Assembly (NCBI GenBank): GCA_026936335.1
Contig: JAPMXV010000032.1
Location: 1-64,000 of the forward strand
DNA from: Mantamonas sphyraenae STR306
Lineage: Eukaryota > Protista > CRuMs
Direction of reading: 5' to 3'
Length of the DNA: 64,000 bases
In this document: in pieces, positions 33,380 through 45,140 of the stretch
Position numbering within the stretch: position 1 is the first letter of the stretch
Layout: every line of letters starts with the position of its first letter
Program-made: the position numbers and the translations under genes
Notes under the pieces: generated by a model
Seen by the model: only the letters and a program-made list of their open reading frames with translations
Database searches by the model: none
Told to the model about the DNA's origin: nothing

Positions 33380-34204
33380 ATGTTTGCCAGACGCTTTCCT
33401 CCCTCCACATCCAATGCAGCCAGTGCACAATCGGCCGTTTTGTACATGCACGGGCTGTTTGGGTCGCACATGCAGTTTGTAGCGATTGCCAAGCGAGCGG
33501 CCGCGTCGCTGGACACGCTGCAGTTGGCGCTGGATTTGCGCGGCCACGGACAAAACACTCAGGTGCACAACGAGCCAAGCATTACCTTTGACCACCTCAT
33601 GGACGATCTTTGCGTGTTTCTTGACAAAGAGCGCCTTGAGCAGGTTCATCTTGTGGGCCACTCCTTTGCAGGCAAGCTGGCCATGCTCACGGCTCTGGAA
33701 CAGCCCGAGCGCATCCAATCCGTGACTGCTATCGATGTGTTGCCCGTATCCTATGCGCATGACCACGACGAGAAGTTTGCAGCCATGCGCGCCGTGCCGC
33801 TCGACCTCGTCCACGACCGTCTCTCAGCCGCACAGCACATGGAGAGCCAGGTGGGTGGCATTGGCACCGCACTCTATCTCGCTTCCAATTTGACTCGAGT
33901 CAAAGGCCAAGGCATGCGCTGGGGGGTGGACCTGGACCTCCTGCAGGCCAGCCGCGGGCTGATCGGGTGGCCTCAGGAACGCGCCGCACAGTGTCCACCA
34001 AGCAACGTGCCTGTTCTCGTTGTCGCAGGTGGTGATTCGCACTATTGTGCAGATGCTGCGCATGTGCGTCAGCTGCATGAGTTGTTTCCAAACGCGGTCG
34101 TCCGCTCTGTGCCCGAGTGCACCCACATGGTGCACGCACAGGCACCCAAGACCTTTGTGAACTTGATGACACAGCACATCGTGTCCAGTGGCGCAGACAT
34201 GTGA
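33380..34204 (+). CDS. ABHD11: Alpha/beta hydrolase, ABHD11/YbfF-like esterase
   Basis: HGLFGS, DLRGHG, nucleophile motif GHSFAGK, GGDSHY, HMVHAQAP. The in-frame ATG at 33302 overlaps the neighbour's start codon, so 33380 is preferred. Confidence 0.85.
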   Translation: MFARRFPPSTSNAASAQSAVLYMHGLFGSHMQFVAIAKRAAASLDTLQLALDLRGHGQNTQVHNEPSITFDHLMDDLCVFLDKERLEQVHLVGHSFAGKLAMLTALEQPERIQSVTAIDVLPVSYAHDHDEKFAAMRAVPLDLVHDRLSAAQHMESQVGGIGTALYLASNLTRVKGQGMRWGVDLDLLQASRGLIGWPQERAAQCPPSNVPVLVVAGGDSHYCADAAHVRQLHELFPNAVVRSVPECTHMVHAQAPKTFVNLMTQHIVSSGADM

Positions 34205-34230
34205 TGATGGCGCTCGCCCAGCCAACCCCC

Positions 34231-35259
34231 ATGTCCATGTCGGCCAAGCGCAAGCGCAAGCTGCCGGTCACGGATGACCAGGACGAATCGACCCTCGAAT
34301 CTGAGAACGACTACAAACGTGCACGTCTCGACGTCTGCCTGGACCTTCTCCAGTCTCCCTTTGCCCAGGAGCGCGCTGCAAGCCGCAGCGACGACTATGT
34401 CCTGCAGCTTGTGCAGGACATGACCTCGCTCGAATCACAAGGTGGCCAGCATGCACAGCTTGCAGTGCATGTGGCTGTTCTTTGTGCCCGCATCATGGTA
34501 CGCCGCACAACTACGGCTGCCGTGGTCCTGGCTGACAACGACTGCTTCCTCCTAGATCTCGCGCGCGTCTCCCCAGCTGCATGTACAACGCTACTCCAAG
34601 CCCCACACATGGCTTCCGACCACTTTCTCCCTCAGCTTCATCTCTTTAGCTTTTTGTGTGACCTTCCGCCTGCTTTGCGCACCAGCGACCTCGACGAGCG
34701 CTGGTCCCTCTTCGACGCCGTCGTGGACAACCTCAACGCCATGGAACGGCCGTACGACACACTCCTCGAGAACGACTTGGACTTGAAGGTGCTCGTTGCT
34801 TCTACTCTCGATGCCTGCACCGACCTGGCTACTGCCCTGAACAGGGCGTCTGGCTTTGTCCTGCGTTTGGTCGTTCACGCCGCTCTCGACCGCTACTTGG
34901 TCACCCTGTACAAAGATCCATCATCCTCGGAAGATTTCAATGCGCACAAAGAGCTCCTGAGCACTGTAGATGACATCGTGCAGGCCATGCGCCGTGGCTC
35001 GGGCGTTTGCCAACCGCTGCTGGCCTTTGTACGCGCCATGCCTTCTCTGGCGACTGAGCGCACCCAGCGCGATGCACAACTACAGGCGCATCTGCTGTTC
35101 TGGACTGTGGTCGATAGTGTCATCTGGTCCGACGACACCTCTGCGTTCCGCCGCGCAGCAAACAAGACTCTGAAAGCCCTGATCCCAGCCGCCGAACACA
35201 CCGACGCCCTGTTTCCCCTGTTGGACCGGATTGACCACCGATTACCACAACCCACCTGA
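34231..35259 (+). CDS. Hypothetical alpha-helical protein with N-terminal NLS (KRKRK)
   Basis: Long Leu-rich ORF with gene-like codon usage filling the space between two genes; no family recognised. Start could be 34204-34237. Confidence 0.7.
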   Translation: MSMSAKRKRKLPVTDDQDESTLESENDYKRARLDVCLDLLQSPFAQERAASRSDDYVLQLVQDMTSLESQGGQHAQLAVHVAVLCARIMVRRTTTAAVVLADNDCFLLDLARVSPAACTTLLQAPHMASDHFLPQLHLFSFLCDLPPALRTSDLDERWSLFDAVVDNLNAMERPYDTLLENDLDLKVLVASTLDACTDLATALNRASGFVLRLVVHAALDRYLVTLYKDPSSSEDFNAHKELLSTVDDIVQAMRRGSGVCQPLLAFVRAMPSLATERTQRDAQLQAHLLFWTVVDSVIWSDDTSAFRRAANKTLKALIPAAEHTDALFPLLDRIDHRLPQPT

Positions 35260-35316
35260 TGATGTGAGCCGTGTGAACCCCGCGCAACCGCGCTTGCACT
35301 GCCACACCCAATCCCG

Positions 35317-36228
35317 ATGGCCGCTCAAGCTCACCTGGTTGCCGACGAGAAAGCATTGGTCAATACACTCCGCGACCTTCTCCACGTTCACCGAGCCCTC
35401 TATGTCGTCGACGTGGGCCCTCTTTTTACCCAAGCCGGCACCCTTGCCCCCACTCTGGCGCCCCACTGGACTCTGGAGGGCTTTGCTGGCCTTGCTCTCG
35501 GCCTTGACGCTCCCGCCAGCCAGTCGTCCTACACAGTGGCGTGCGTGTACCCCGTGGTACACGGCCTACATGTGGACTGCTTCGTCCTCACACACTCTCA
35601 GGTCTGTGAACTCAGCGTTTCCAGCCGCGCAGAGGTGCGGATCCTTGATTGCGACGCAGACATGAAGCTTGCACTCGACGACCTGGACGCCCAGCAGACA
35701 ACCTCCCACGATTCCCCGTCTGAAGACGATTGGGAACAGTATGCGCTTGTTGAAACACCCAACAACCAGCAGTGGACAGCGATGGAAGCTGTCCAGCGGC
35801 TCGAAAGCAAGCTCGATCGCTTGCACAATCGCATGAGCTTCCCCGAGGACAGATTGCCGTCTTCAACACGCAAGCAGTCCCGCTTGGGCAAAAGCAAGCC
35901 CCACGGCAAGACTTCGATCCGGTGGGTCGCCCCTACTGCCAAACGTGGCAAGCTCCAGCCAGTCCACCTCCCGCAGCTTTCTACAGAAGAACAGGACGCT
36001 CTGTGGCAAGAGGAGCTCGAGGATGGCAGTGACTTTGCCCTTTCCTCCACGGGGCTACTCTCGGGCAGTGGTCAGGCGTCATCCTGGGCTCCCGCTTGGC
36101 AAGACGATCAGCACGACGACCTCGTCGACCATGGTGACCACGATGACGACAGTGACAATGACACAGTACGCCTCACGCAACACCGCGCTCGTGACGACAA
36201 CATCTGCTCCGGATGCACAATCACATGA
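35317..36228 (+). CDS. Hypothetical protein ending in a CaaX-like motif (CSGCTIT)
   Basis: 303-aa ATG-initiated ORF with a globular N-terminal half, acidic tail and terminal CTIT. Confidence 0.7.
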   Translation: MAAQAHLVADEKALVNTLRDLLHVHRALYVVDVGPLFTQAGTLAPTLAPHWTLEGFAGLALGLDAPASQSSYTVACVYPVVHGLHVDCFVLTHSQVCELSVSSRAEVRILDCDADMKLALDDLDAQQTTSHDSPSEDDWEQYALVETPNNQQWTAMEAVQRLESKLDRLHNRMSFPEDRLPSSTRKQSRLGKSKPHGKTSIRWVAPTAKRGKLQPVHLPQLSTEEQDALWQEELEDGSDFALSSTGLLSGSGQASSWAPAWQDDQHDDLVDHGDHDDDSDNDTVRLTQHRARDDNICSGCTIT

Positions 36229-36335
36229 GGCTGATGAGCACCGAATAGCAAATTCATTCAGCGCTGCGCTGCGCAGGCCTCCGAAGCAATCAGCTCCTGA
36301 TGGCCAACTCCCAAGCAATCAGCAGAAAGAGTCGC

Positions 36336-38265
36336 TCAACGGAACAGCATGCTGTTTGATCGCGCCAGACTCCCCGACGGCGTGTTGGCTCGGAAGCGGC
36401 TGAGCGAGCCACGCACAGCTCTGCTGGCTGCCCGTCGCGAGCTGTTGGCCTGCAAGTGACCAGGGACAGGAAACTGGTTTTCCACCAACCAGTCCCGGTA
36501 TTCACGCGTTGAAATCACAGTCTCGCGATGGTTGACTCGCTTCAGCAAAAACATAATGATGTTCTGCACGTCCTGGCTCGCGTGCTCCTGCGCTGGCACA
36601 GAGCCCACCAGCCGGTAGAACAGCGAGCGCGAGAGCGGAATGTGCTCCTCCACACACCGTTTGATCTGGTTCACCAAGAAGCGTTCGCCTTCTGACATCT
36701 CACGTCCACTCTCCGTCACCATCGCAATCAGGTCAATGTACCAAGGCTGCGCCTGGTAGCACTCCAGCTGGTCTTCGATTTTGGCCTTCTCCGCCTCCAG
36801 TCGCATGATTTCCAGCTCCACATGCGGCACTAGGTTGTCCAACGATTCCGTTGTGTTTTCGATGTGCTTGTCAAACGCCTGGAACTTGCGCTTCAGCGCG
36901 TGTGGCCTCTCAAAGTCCTGCCTGTTCAGCTCGCTTTCCAGCTGCTCCAGCTTCTCCTTTTTCATCGCCCTAAACTCCCGCATGGTCTGTTGAAACTGGT
37001 ACTTGCTGTCCAACACCGTTCCCTCGTTCATGCGCATCAGATCCTGAAACACGGTGTCCTGTTTGCCCTCGCCTTCGACGCGCCCTCCATGTCCCTTGCC
37101 AATGCTCTTGCCCTTCCCCTTGCCCTTCGCCTTGCCCTTGCCCTTCCCTCCCATGCCGCGCATCCCCGGACTGCCTCCATGTTCGCTCCCGCTTGCGCCG
37201 CTTCCACCCCCGCTGGCATCCACCTGCATCGATGATGTGTTGGCCACGGAGCCAGCCCCCGTGCTGGCCGTGCCCAATCGCGAGTTCTGTGTCCCCATCA
37301 CGTTGCGGTTGCTCTCGCCAATCTTTGGCAGGAACCCCGCTCCGCTCGCTGTGCTCCGCAGAGTTGCACTGGATCCCATGTGCTTCAGCTTGCTTCCACC
37401 CGCACCAGTACCTGCACCGCCACTGCTGCTTCCGCCTCCACCTGCTCCTCCCACCCCACTGCTCCCACTCCCTGCTGTGCCGTCGCCCGACGAGCCGCCT
37501 GCACCCAACAGCTGGCCAGACGACGGCTGTCTGCCCACGTGCAGCCGGATGCCAGACCGTTCGTCTGCAGTCATCCGTGACTGCTGCGACCCCACCGAGC
37601 GGTCGTCGTCGTCCCCGTCTGCCTTCATCAGCGGCGTCGCTCGCGACGCGTCCAGCTCGCCGCCCGACGGCAGCAGATCCGGCTGTTCCACGTTGCTCAG
37701 AAAGTGCATGCCGGCCTTTGTGAACTTGAGGCGTTGTTGCGACACCTGCAAGCGTTCCTTCAACAACGCATACCCACTCCCACCGTCCTCCACCTCCTGC
37801 TCCTTCTCCTCCGCTTGCTGCTGCCACCACAAATCCGTGTTCAGCACGCTCATATCCACTTCTTCGTCCTCCTCCTCCATTTCCCTGTGTGCGTGTGATC
37901 CCCCAAAGAGTGCCTTGCTGTGTGTCAACACACATCCTAGTCCCTGTCGAGTGCTCCTGCACGCAAACGCCACACCGGCCTTTGCAACGGTCGCAACACA
38001 TTTCTCTCCCCTCCTCACGCACAACCCACCTCTTGGCTTGCGCACGTTTCTTGCGCGGGTAGCGCACGTCCTCAAAGTCGTCCCCTAGCATGTGGAACGG
38101 CTCGTACGATTTCGTGTTGATAAACGCCTGCCGTGCTTTGCGACGTGCCAACTCTTGCTCAAAGTTGGGCTTGATCGATTTGAAGGTAAGAAAGTGCCGA
38201 TAGAGCACCTGCACGGGCTTGTACGCATCCTCTTCCTCGTACTCGTTCAGCAGTTCCTCCTCCAT
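36336..38265 (-). CDS. CCDC60: CCDC60-like (DUF4698) coiled-coil protein; complement(join(36336..37884,38030..38265))
   Basis: C-terminal KFQAF...WYIDLI...EHASQDVQNIIMFL...EYRDWL matches the CCDC60 C-terminal pattern (KF.AF, WY.DLL, E..S.D....I.F, Y..WL); intron 37885-38029. Confidence 0.7.
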
Positions 38266-38368
38266 GGCTCTCGGCTTGGGCGAGGCAGCGCCCCGCCTGC
38301 TGCCACCTTTGCAAAAACCTTGCGCCCGTGCGCCCACACGGACGACTCCCCACCCACTCTTTTGAATT

Positions 38369-39599
38369 ATGGACGACAAGGCTGTCAACAAGCAGATCGA
38401 GCAGATGTGCTCTTTCATTCGTGTGGAGGTACGCACGCCCACCTGTGCCCCGCCGCATTTCCCTCCCGAAGAACATCCGCCTCGCTCACACACACCGCGC
38501 ACACATGGCTCTGTCGCGTGTTCCCCTTCCAACTTCCACCGCGGCGCCCTCGTTGCTTCATTAGGCCGAGGAGAAGGCCACCGAGATTGGTATCAAGGCC
38601 AAGGAGGAGTTCAACATCAAAAAGGGGCAAATGGTGCAGGCTGAGAAGCAGAAGCTCAAGAAGGAGTTTGACCGCAAGAAGAAGCAGGTCGAGGTCCAGC
38701 GCCGCATGTACGTTGTTTCCATTCTCGGTCTACCGATACTCCCACTCTCGACATGAACCCTCCCTCCGAACCCGCCTGTCGCCCGTCCTTCCTTTGCGTG
38801 GATCTGACCCTCTCGCGATTCCCCTCCCTCTGTGCCCCCGCCCACCACAGCGCCTACTCCAACGCCATCAACCAGTCGCGCCTCGAGGTCCTCAAGGCTC
38901 GCGACAAGGCTGTCCAGGAGACCTTCCACGAGGCCTACATGCAGCTCGGCAGCCTTTCTGCGAACAAGAAGGAGTACGAGCAGCTCATGAAGGACCTCCT
39001 CCTCGAGGTACGTCTTTCCATTTTGCCCCGCACCTGTGCCCACAGGCTCCATCCCGCCTTCTCAACCCCATCTTCATCCACCTGCGCTCCCTTGCCATCC
39101 CATCACTGCCTTTCCTCGCCCATCCCTTGGCCAGCGCCTCGGCAGAGCGCCCACTTGGCAAGTGTGGAAATGCACCGCCAGACACAGACCCGCCCCTGAC
39201 ACCCTCCTGTGCGCAATCTCACCTGCCCGTCACCTATCCCAGTCCCTGATCAAGATGCGCGAGCCCGAGGTCGAGCTTCTCTGCCGCCAGGAAGACAAGG
39301 ACATGGTGTTTGGCTTTGCCAGCGAAATCGTCGACGAATACGTCAGGGTCACGGGCCTCACCTGCACCGTCAAGCCCTCCAAGCGCTACCTGCCTCCCGG
39401 ACCCTCCGAGTCAAACAAGTCAAACAAGTTCTGCTTCGGCGGTTTTGTCCTCAGCGCCCAGAAGGGACGCCTTCTCATTGCAAACACCCTCGATCAGCGC
39501 CTGCGTCTCGCCTACGAGAAGCGCCTGTCCGACATCCGCAGCACCCTCTTTGGCAAGCCCAAGTGGGCTGAAGCCCAGTGGATGCAGAGCGAGGCCTGA
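38369..39599 (+). CDS. ATP6V1E: V-type ATPase subunit E; join(38369..38428,38565..38707,38851..39007,39243..39599)
   Basis: V.KQI.QM.SFI..EAEEKA.EI..KA.EEFNI.K, SN.INQSRL.VLKAR, GG.VL, NTLD.RL; 238 aa. Confidence 0.97.
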
Positions 39600-39665
39600 T
39601 TGCCACTGCACAGCAACAACACCAAAAAAATCCACAACTTTTCGATCTGTCCATTGGTGGTCCGT

Positions 39666-42164
39666 TCATTGGTCGTCCCCTTCCCCTCCCGCATCCGAAG
39701 CCAACAAGGCTTCCTTGGGCACGGGTTCTTCATCCTCGTGAGCCTCCTCTTCCTCCTCTTCCTCCTCCTCGTCTTCATCCTCCGCTCCACCCTGGCCCTC
39801 CTCCCCTCCTTCCCTCGTTGCGTCCTCTCCTGCCTCGGCTTCAGATTCGTTTGCCCCTTCAGCGTTGGATTCCCCTTCATCGTCGTTTCCGCCGGAGCTG
39901 CTGCTGCTACTGCTGCTGCTCCCTCCCTCGTTGCCAAAGTACTCTTCCGACCCCGACACGCTCGAAGCACGCTGCCTCTCCACGTGTTTTGTCACCTTGG
40001 TCGCCTTGAGCGCACTGGTGTACTGCGAGTGCGTGATCGTCAGAATCATTGCGTCGTCTTCCTCCACACACGCCGTGTAATCACACTTGTATGACTCCTT
40101 GGTCAGCGCCTTGCGCCCCAGCGTGCTGAACGGCCCGATGCGAGACTGGAACCCTTCGTCGCCACTGCGCACTTCCAAGTATCCCGACAGAACCAGCGTG
40201 AAAAAGTTGGCCTTGCTGCCGCGCTTGTAGATCGTGCGCGACTCGATCGGGTCCTCCGCGTTGATCACGCGCACCGATCCAGCAAACACAATCTTCTTCA
40301 GTACGTCGTGCGAGATCTTCTTGAACTCTTCCACAGACGACGACAAAAACGCAATTGCCGCAGAGCCTTGGTCGTTGCTCAGCATGTTCACTTGCTTGCT
40401 GTACGAGCGCTTGTTCAGCAGCGAAGCAATGTGCTTGTAATCGGTCGTTTGGCGCACACGCACGTTCTGTCCAGAGATGCTTGTCACCACATCAGTGTCC
40501 GTCTCGTCATAGATCTCCGCTCCGATGAGCTCCTCAATCAGATCTTCCAGCGTCACAATGCCCAGAATCTCGTAGAACGGATCGCCGTCACCCGAGTTGT
40601 TCACTGTTTGCACACAGCACAGCTGCAATGCACCATCACCGCCGCCATCGCACCACACACCCCGCGTCAGCACACAATTCCATTCCACTTCTTCAACCCG
40701 CCGAACACTCCGAACCTACGTTGCAGTCGCTCGCCTTGAACTCGTTCAACATCTGCAACAAGGGCGCATCGTCAAACACCTTCACCACAGCACGTCCATA
40801 GAAGCCCAGAAGCGTGCGAATTTCAATCTCGTCCGCCGGGTTCAACAGCGCAAGGTCCTTCACCAGAATCAGTCCAATGATGTTGTCCTTGGTGCCTTCC
40901 CACACGGGGATGCGGCTGTGTCCGCTTTGCAACAGCTGCGCAAGCATCTCGTAGTCCAACTTGGCGTCCACATCCATAGACTCGACCTGTGTCAGCGGCG
41001 TCATCACGTCTCGCACACGCTTGTCGTTAAACTCCAGCGCACCCGACAGGATGGTCGACTCGTCCTTTGTCAGCTTGCCAATCTCTTCCTTGGCGTGGTA
41101 TTCGATCAGCGTCTTCATCTGTGTGCAGCGCATCAGCCGTGCGTCAGCGACAACCCGTCTCCCTCCGCGAGCACTCACCCACCAAGCCGCCACACTTACC
41201 TCGTTGCGGCTAAACTGAGTGCCCACCTCGTGACCCAGCACATAGTCCAACACCTTGCTGATGGGCCACGACACAGGGAACGTCACAGCGATGAAAAACT
41301 TGACCAGCCACACCGTATGCGCGCCCACGTCTGCACAAACACCCTTGTCAGTCTCATCACCAGCCAAAGCTCTGCCTGGCATCCCAGTTGGGTCCTCACT
41401 CCGCCTTCACATGCGTTCCCCCCCACTTACACAGGCCGTGGCGCGAGCAAATGCTCTGCGGCACAATCTCGCCGAAAATCACAATCAGCGCCGTAGCCAC
41501 GAGACCGCCAATCACACCTGGCCAGCGCCACGTTCGACGACACGTATAGGGAGGGAAGCAGAAATGCAAAATTGTGAGCATGGCGCCGCCCAGTTCGTAT
41601 GGTCCGTTTCCCCACGTACGTGTGTGTGTCAGTGTGTCGCCTCACCCATGGCCGAGCCCTCTGGTCGTCCGTCACCGCTGTGGGCTCTCAACACACTCTC
41701 CAACTCCCTCAGTGAACTCACCGCTCGACAGCTCGGCCAAGAAAATAGGCAAGATAGCGTTCACAGCCACATTGCCAATCAGCAGCGTGCACAACAGCAG
41801 GTTTCCGTTCGCCCGCACAGGATGAATCTTCGCTGCATACTCCCGATCTTGTGGCGACCCGCTTTGCATCACGATCTGTGTCCATACGTGTGCACGGCCC
41901 CGCCCCAACACGTCAGTGTCTCCGCCTGCACAATTCCCTCTTGCTCCTTCCTGCCGTCCCATCCCCGATCGACTCCGCTGCAACCTCCTGCGCTGAGCCC
42001 TGAGCCAAAGGGCTGCCGTCACACCGCCCGCCTCGTCTTACCTCCAGGCCCACTTTGTCCAGACTCAGCAAGCCAAGTGTCAGACCTGAAAACAGGCCGG
42101 ACAGTCCTACAAGACCGAGTACCACCAACGCATTGTATGCTAGTGTTTCAGGTGAACTGTCCAT
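39666..42164 (-). CDS. CNNM: CNNM/DUF21-CBS metal (Mg2+) transporter with C-terminal cNMP-binding-like domain; exons 42042-42164, 41722-41875, 41431-41517, 41200-41330, 40720-41118, 39666-40622
   Basis: [88 protein letters not shown]; six exons in phase (616 aa). Confidence 0.96.
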
Positions 42165-42335
42165 CTGTGAAGCGTTGCCTCGCCCAGCGCACGTCATCAT
42201 CCCTTCCCATCAAGTGCACAAGTGCATCCATGCCTACCGTACAACCTCAGTCGGTTCACTTGCTTGTGTGGATCAGCATCAAGCGCCCGTCCCACCACAG
42301 ATTTTCCAAGGCCACACTCGTTGCTCTCTCTGTGC

Positions 42336-44339
42336 ATGCTTAGCCGCATTGTGCCTCGCTCTCGTACCCCCGCACTCGCAAGCCGAGTAACTCGCCACGC
42401 ATCCACTCGTTCTGTGCACGCCGGCCCTGTGCGTCGTGTGACCCTTCTCGTGACGCCCGCACCTCAAGCTCGACCTTCCGCACGACTCGTCCACGCCTCC
42501 ACGAGTGCTACATCTCCCCGATCCGCCTCTACCCGGTCGGTGGGCATCGTTCTTGCCCTTGGCTCCGCCACCGTCGTCACTGCCGGTGTCCTGCATGCTT
42601 TCCAACTGCCCAGCGATGCCCACGCAGCCGCTCCCATTGACGACAGCCCCGCACCGGACCTTGAGCTTCAGGATCGCCTCCGTCGCTCCCGCCTCCTCGT
42701 CGACCTCACCGACACTGAAGTGGCCTTCCGACACAAACCCACATGGAAGCTGCTGCAGGAGTACCTCATCCTCTACGGCTGCACCTTTACCACCCTCTTC
42801 AACTTTGTCTCGGCCTTCTGGGACATGCCAGTCCTCTCCAGCATCGTCAAGCACACTGTCTTTACCCACTTTGTCGCTGGCGAACACTCTGAAGACGCCG
42901 TCCGCGTCTACCAGCACCTGAAAAGCGTCGACGGCCCTCTGGCCATGCTCGATCACTCTGTTGAGGTCGCCTCGGGCGAGCAAGCGTTTGACGCAACACG
43001 CAACAATACCCTCGACGAAATCCGCGTCTCCCGTACGTTTCCCCTCCCTCCTCTCCATGACTCCTCTCTATCCTCCAAGCATCGCTGCCCGCCTCGTTTT
43101 TTTTGGCCAAAAAACCTGCCACCGTCAAGCTTCCCGGCAACTGCCGCCTGTGCTGACTATTGCCCCGCCGTCCCTCTCACAATTGCGCATGCACTGCCTC
43201 ACCGCGTTCACCCCTTCCCTTCACACAGACGAACACTGCCCAGGGGCAAAGTTCACCTGCATCAAGCTCTCTTCCCTCACAGACTGGCGCGTCATGGAAA
43301 AACTTGCCGCCTGGATTCGATACCACGAGGCTCACCCCGAGCTCGAGCGACCAGCCTGGCTCACGCAGGTGTTTGGTGAACGCCTTGCTTACACCTACGA
43401 CGAGGGCTTTGTCACCTCACCCTTCCTCATGGACACCTGGAAGCAAACCCCCGAGCCCCTCACTCAAGACGACATGAACTCGCTCACTCGCTCCCTCAAA
43501 CGCATGGTACGTGCAACCCCATCCCATCCCGTCCCACCCTTTCAAAGCACGGCACCATTCTCCCATCCTGAACTGTCTGTGTGCGTGCGTGTGTGTGTGT
43601 GTGCAACTTGGCTCACAATACCGCTCCCTCTCCTCCCCAGCACGAGATCTGCGAGGAGCTCACGCGCACAGGCATGTCCATTCTGGTAGATGCAGAGGAA
43701 CATGAGGTGCAGGTTGCCGTGGAGTACATGGCGTATGCCCTGATGCGCACCTTCAACAAGGAACGGCCCGTTGTATATCACACGCCGCAAATGTACATGC
43801 GCGAGTCTCTCGGACGTCTCAAGAAGATGGTAGCCCAGGCACGCAAGGACGACATCCAGCTGGGCATCAAGATCGTCCGCGGGGCCTACCTCTGGCGCGA
43901 GCGCAGGCGTGCAGCCCACTTTGGCTACGACGACCCCACACAGCCTCACAAGACTGCCACCAGCCGTGCCTACAACCGTGGCGTCGAGTTTTGTCTGGAC
44001 AACATCGACCAAGTCGGCCTCATTGTCGCCTCCCACAACATGGAGAGCGTAGCGCTCGCCCTCCTTGGCATGGCCGAGCGCAACATTCCTGCTCGCCAAA
44101 AGGACGGCTACCAGAAGGTTTACTTTGGCCAGCTCTACGGTATGGCTGACTATCTGTCATTCAACCTGTCACGTGCCGGCTACGCCTCCATCAAGCTGGT
44201 GCCCTTTGGCGAAATTGGCGTCGTCGTTCCCTACCTCCTTCGCCGCGTCGAGGAGAACCGCGATGTCGTGGACACAGGCGCCGAAATCGACCGTCGCATG
44301 CTGTGGCAAGAAATCAAGCGACGTTCCCTGCCTTGGTGA
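42336..44339 (+). CDS. PRODH: Mitochondrial proline dehydrogenase; join(42336..43032,43229..43506,43641..44339)
   Basis: Arg/Ser-rich presequence; F.HFVAGE, ILVDAE, GIKIVRGAY, VASHN, FGQLYGMAD, VPFG....VPYLLRR.EEN. Confidence 0.96.
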
Positions 44340-44375
44340 TGCGCGTTCGCGCCCGTTCACACAACCAACCCGGTC

Positions 44376-45021
44376 ATGGACAAGGCAGACGTGCGTCGCA
44401 CACGCCGCAAGCGAGAGAAGCACGCACGACGCCAGAAAAACAGGAGCAAGGCAGGCCAAAAGGCAAACTACGAGGCATACCAGGCGCGAGTGGCCCAGCA
44501 GGCTAGAGAGGATGCCGAAGAGCAGAAACAACACATCAATGGAAGGCAATTCGACCCCCAGAGTGACCAAGGAAACAGCAGTAGAGATGTGGGCAGCGTA
44601 GCGTGGGACCAGGATACGTTGAACACTCTGGACGAGCGTATTCTGGGCGACTTGAGGGGCGCCGATTTCGCTACTCTCCTTCACGAGGCGCGTGCCCACC
44701 AACTGCGCCATACTCAGCGCAAAAGCACACACGCAAAGGGTGCAAGCCGTGACAGGGCCCAGCTGGACAGCGAGCATGAACAGAGTCAAGGCCATGCTCA
44801 GCTCCAGGAAGCGCTGGACAGTGTCGAATGGTCTCTGCTAGAGACCAGTCTGCTCCAGCACACTCCACTTCACTCCCAGCTTCACATGCAGCCTTTTGTA
44901 CAGTATACAGACAGTTCGAACGATGCACAAGGCATTCCGAGCTCACACGACGCCGCAAACGACTCGGCCGACTCTGGTGTTGCCGTCCACTCGACGGACA
45001 AAGACGACGACGACAAAGACG

Positions 45022-45052
<31 letters not shown>

Positions 45053-45092
45053 CGATCTTCTCGACGACCTCCTGGGAGACCTTTCTGAATGA
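44376..45092 (+). CDS. Small basic/acidic protein, possibly Aven/CER16-like
   Basis: Basic N-terminus, RGADFATLLHEA motif and acidic tail ending DDLLDDLLGD; resemblance is from short motifs only. Confidence 0.6.
45023..45056 (+). repeat. (GAT)n coding microsatellite (poly-Asp)
   Basis: gatgatgatgatgatgatgatgatgat. Confidence 0.85.
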
Positions 45093-45140
45093 AGTGACAC
45101 GCTGCACCGCCCCACCCAATCCGACATTTGCGCCCGCCCC

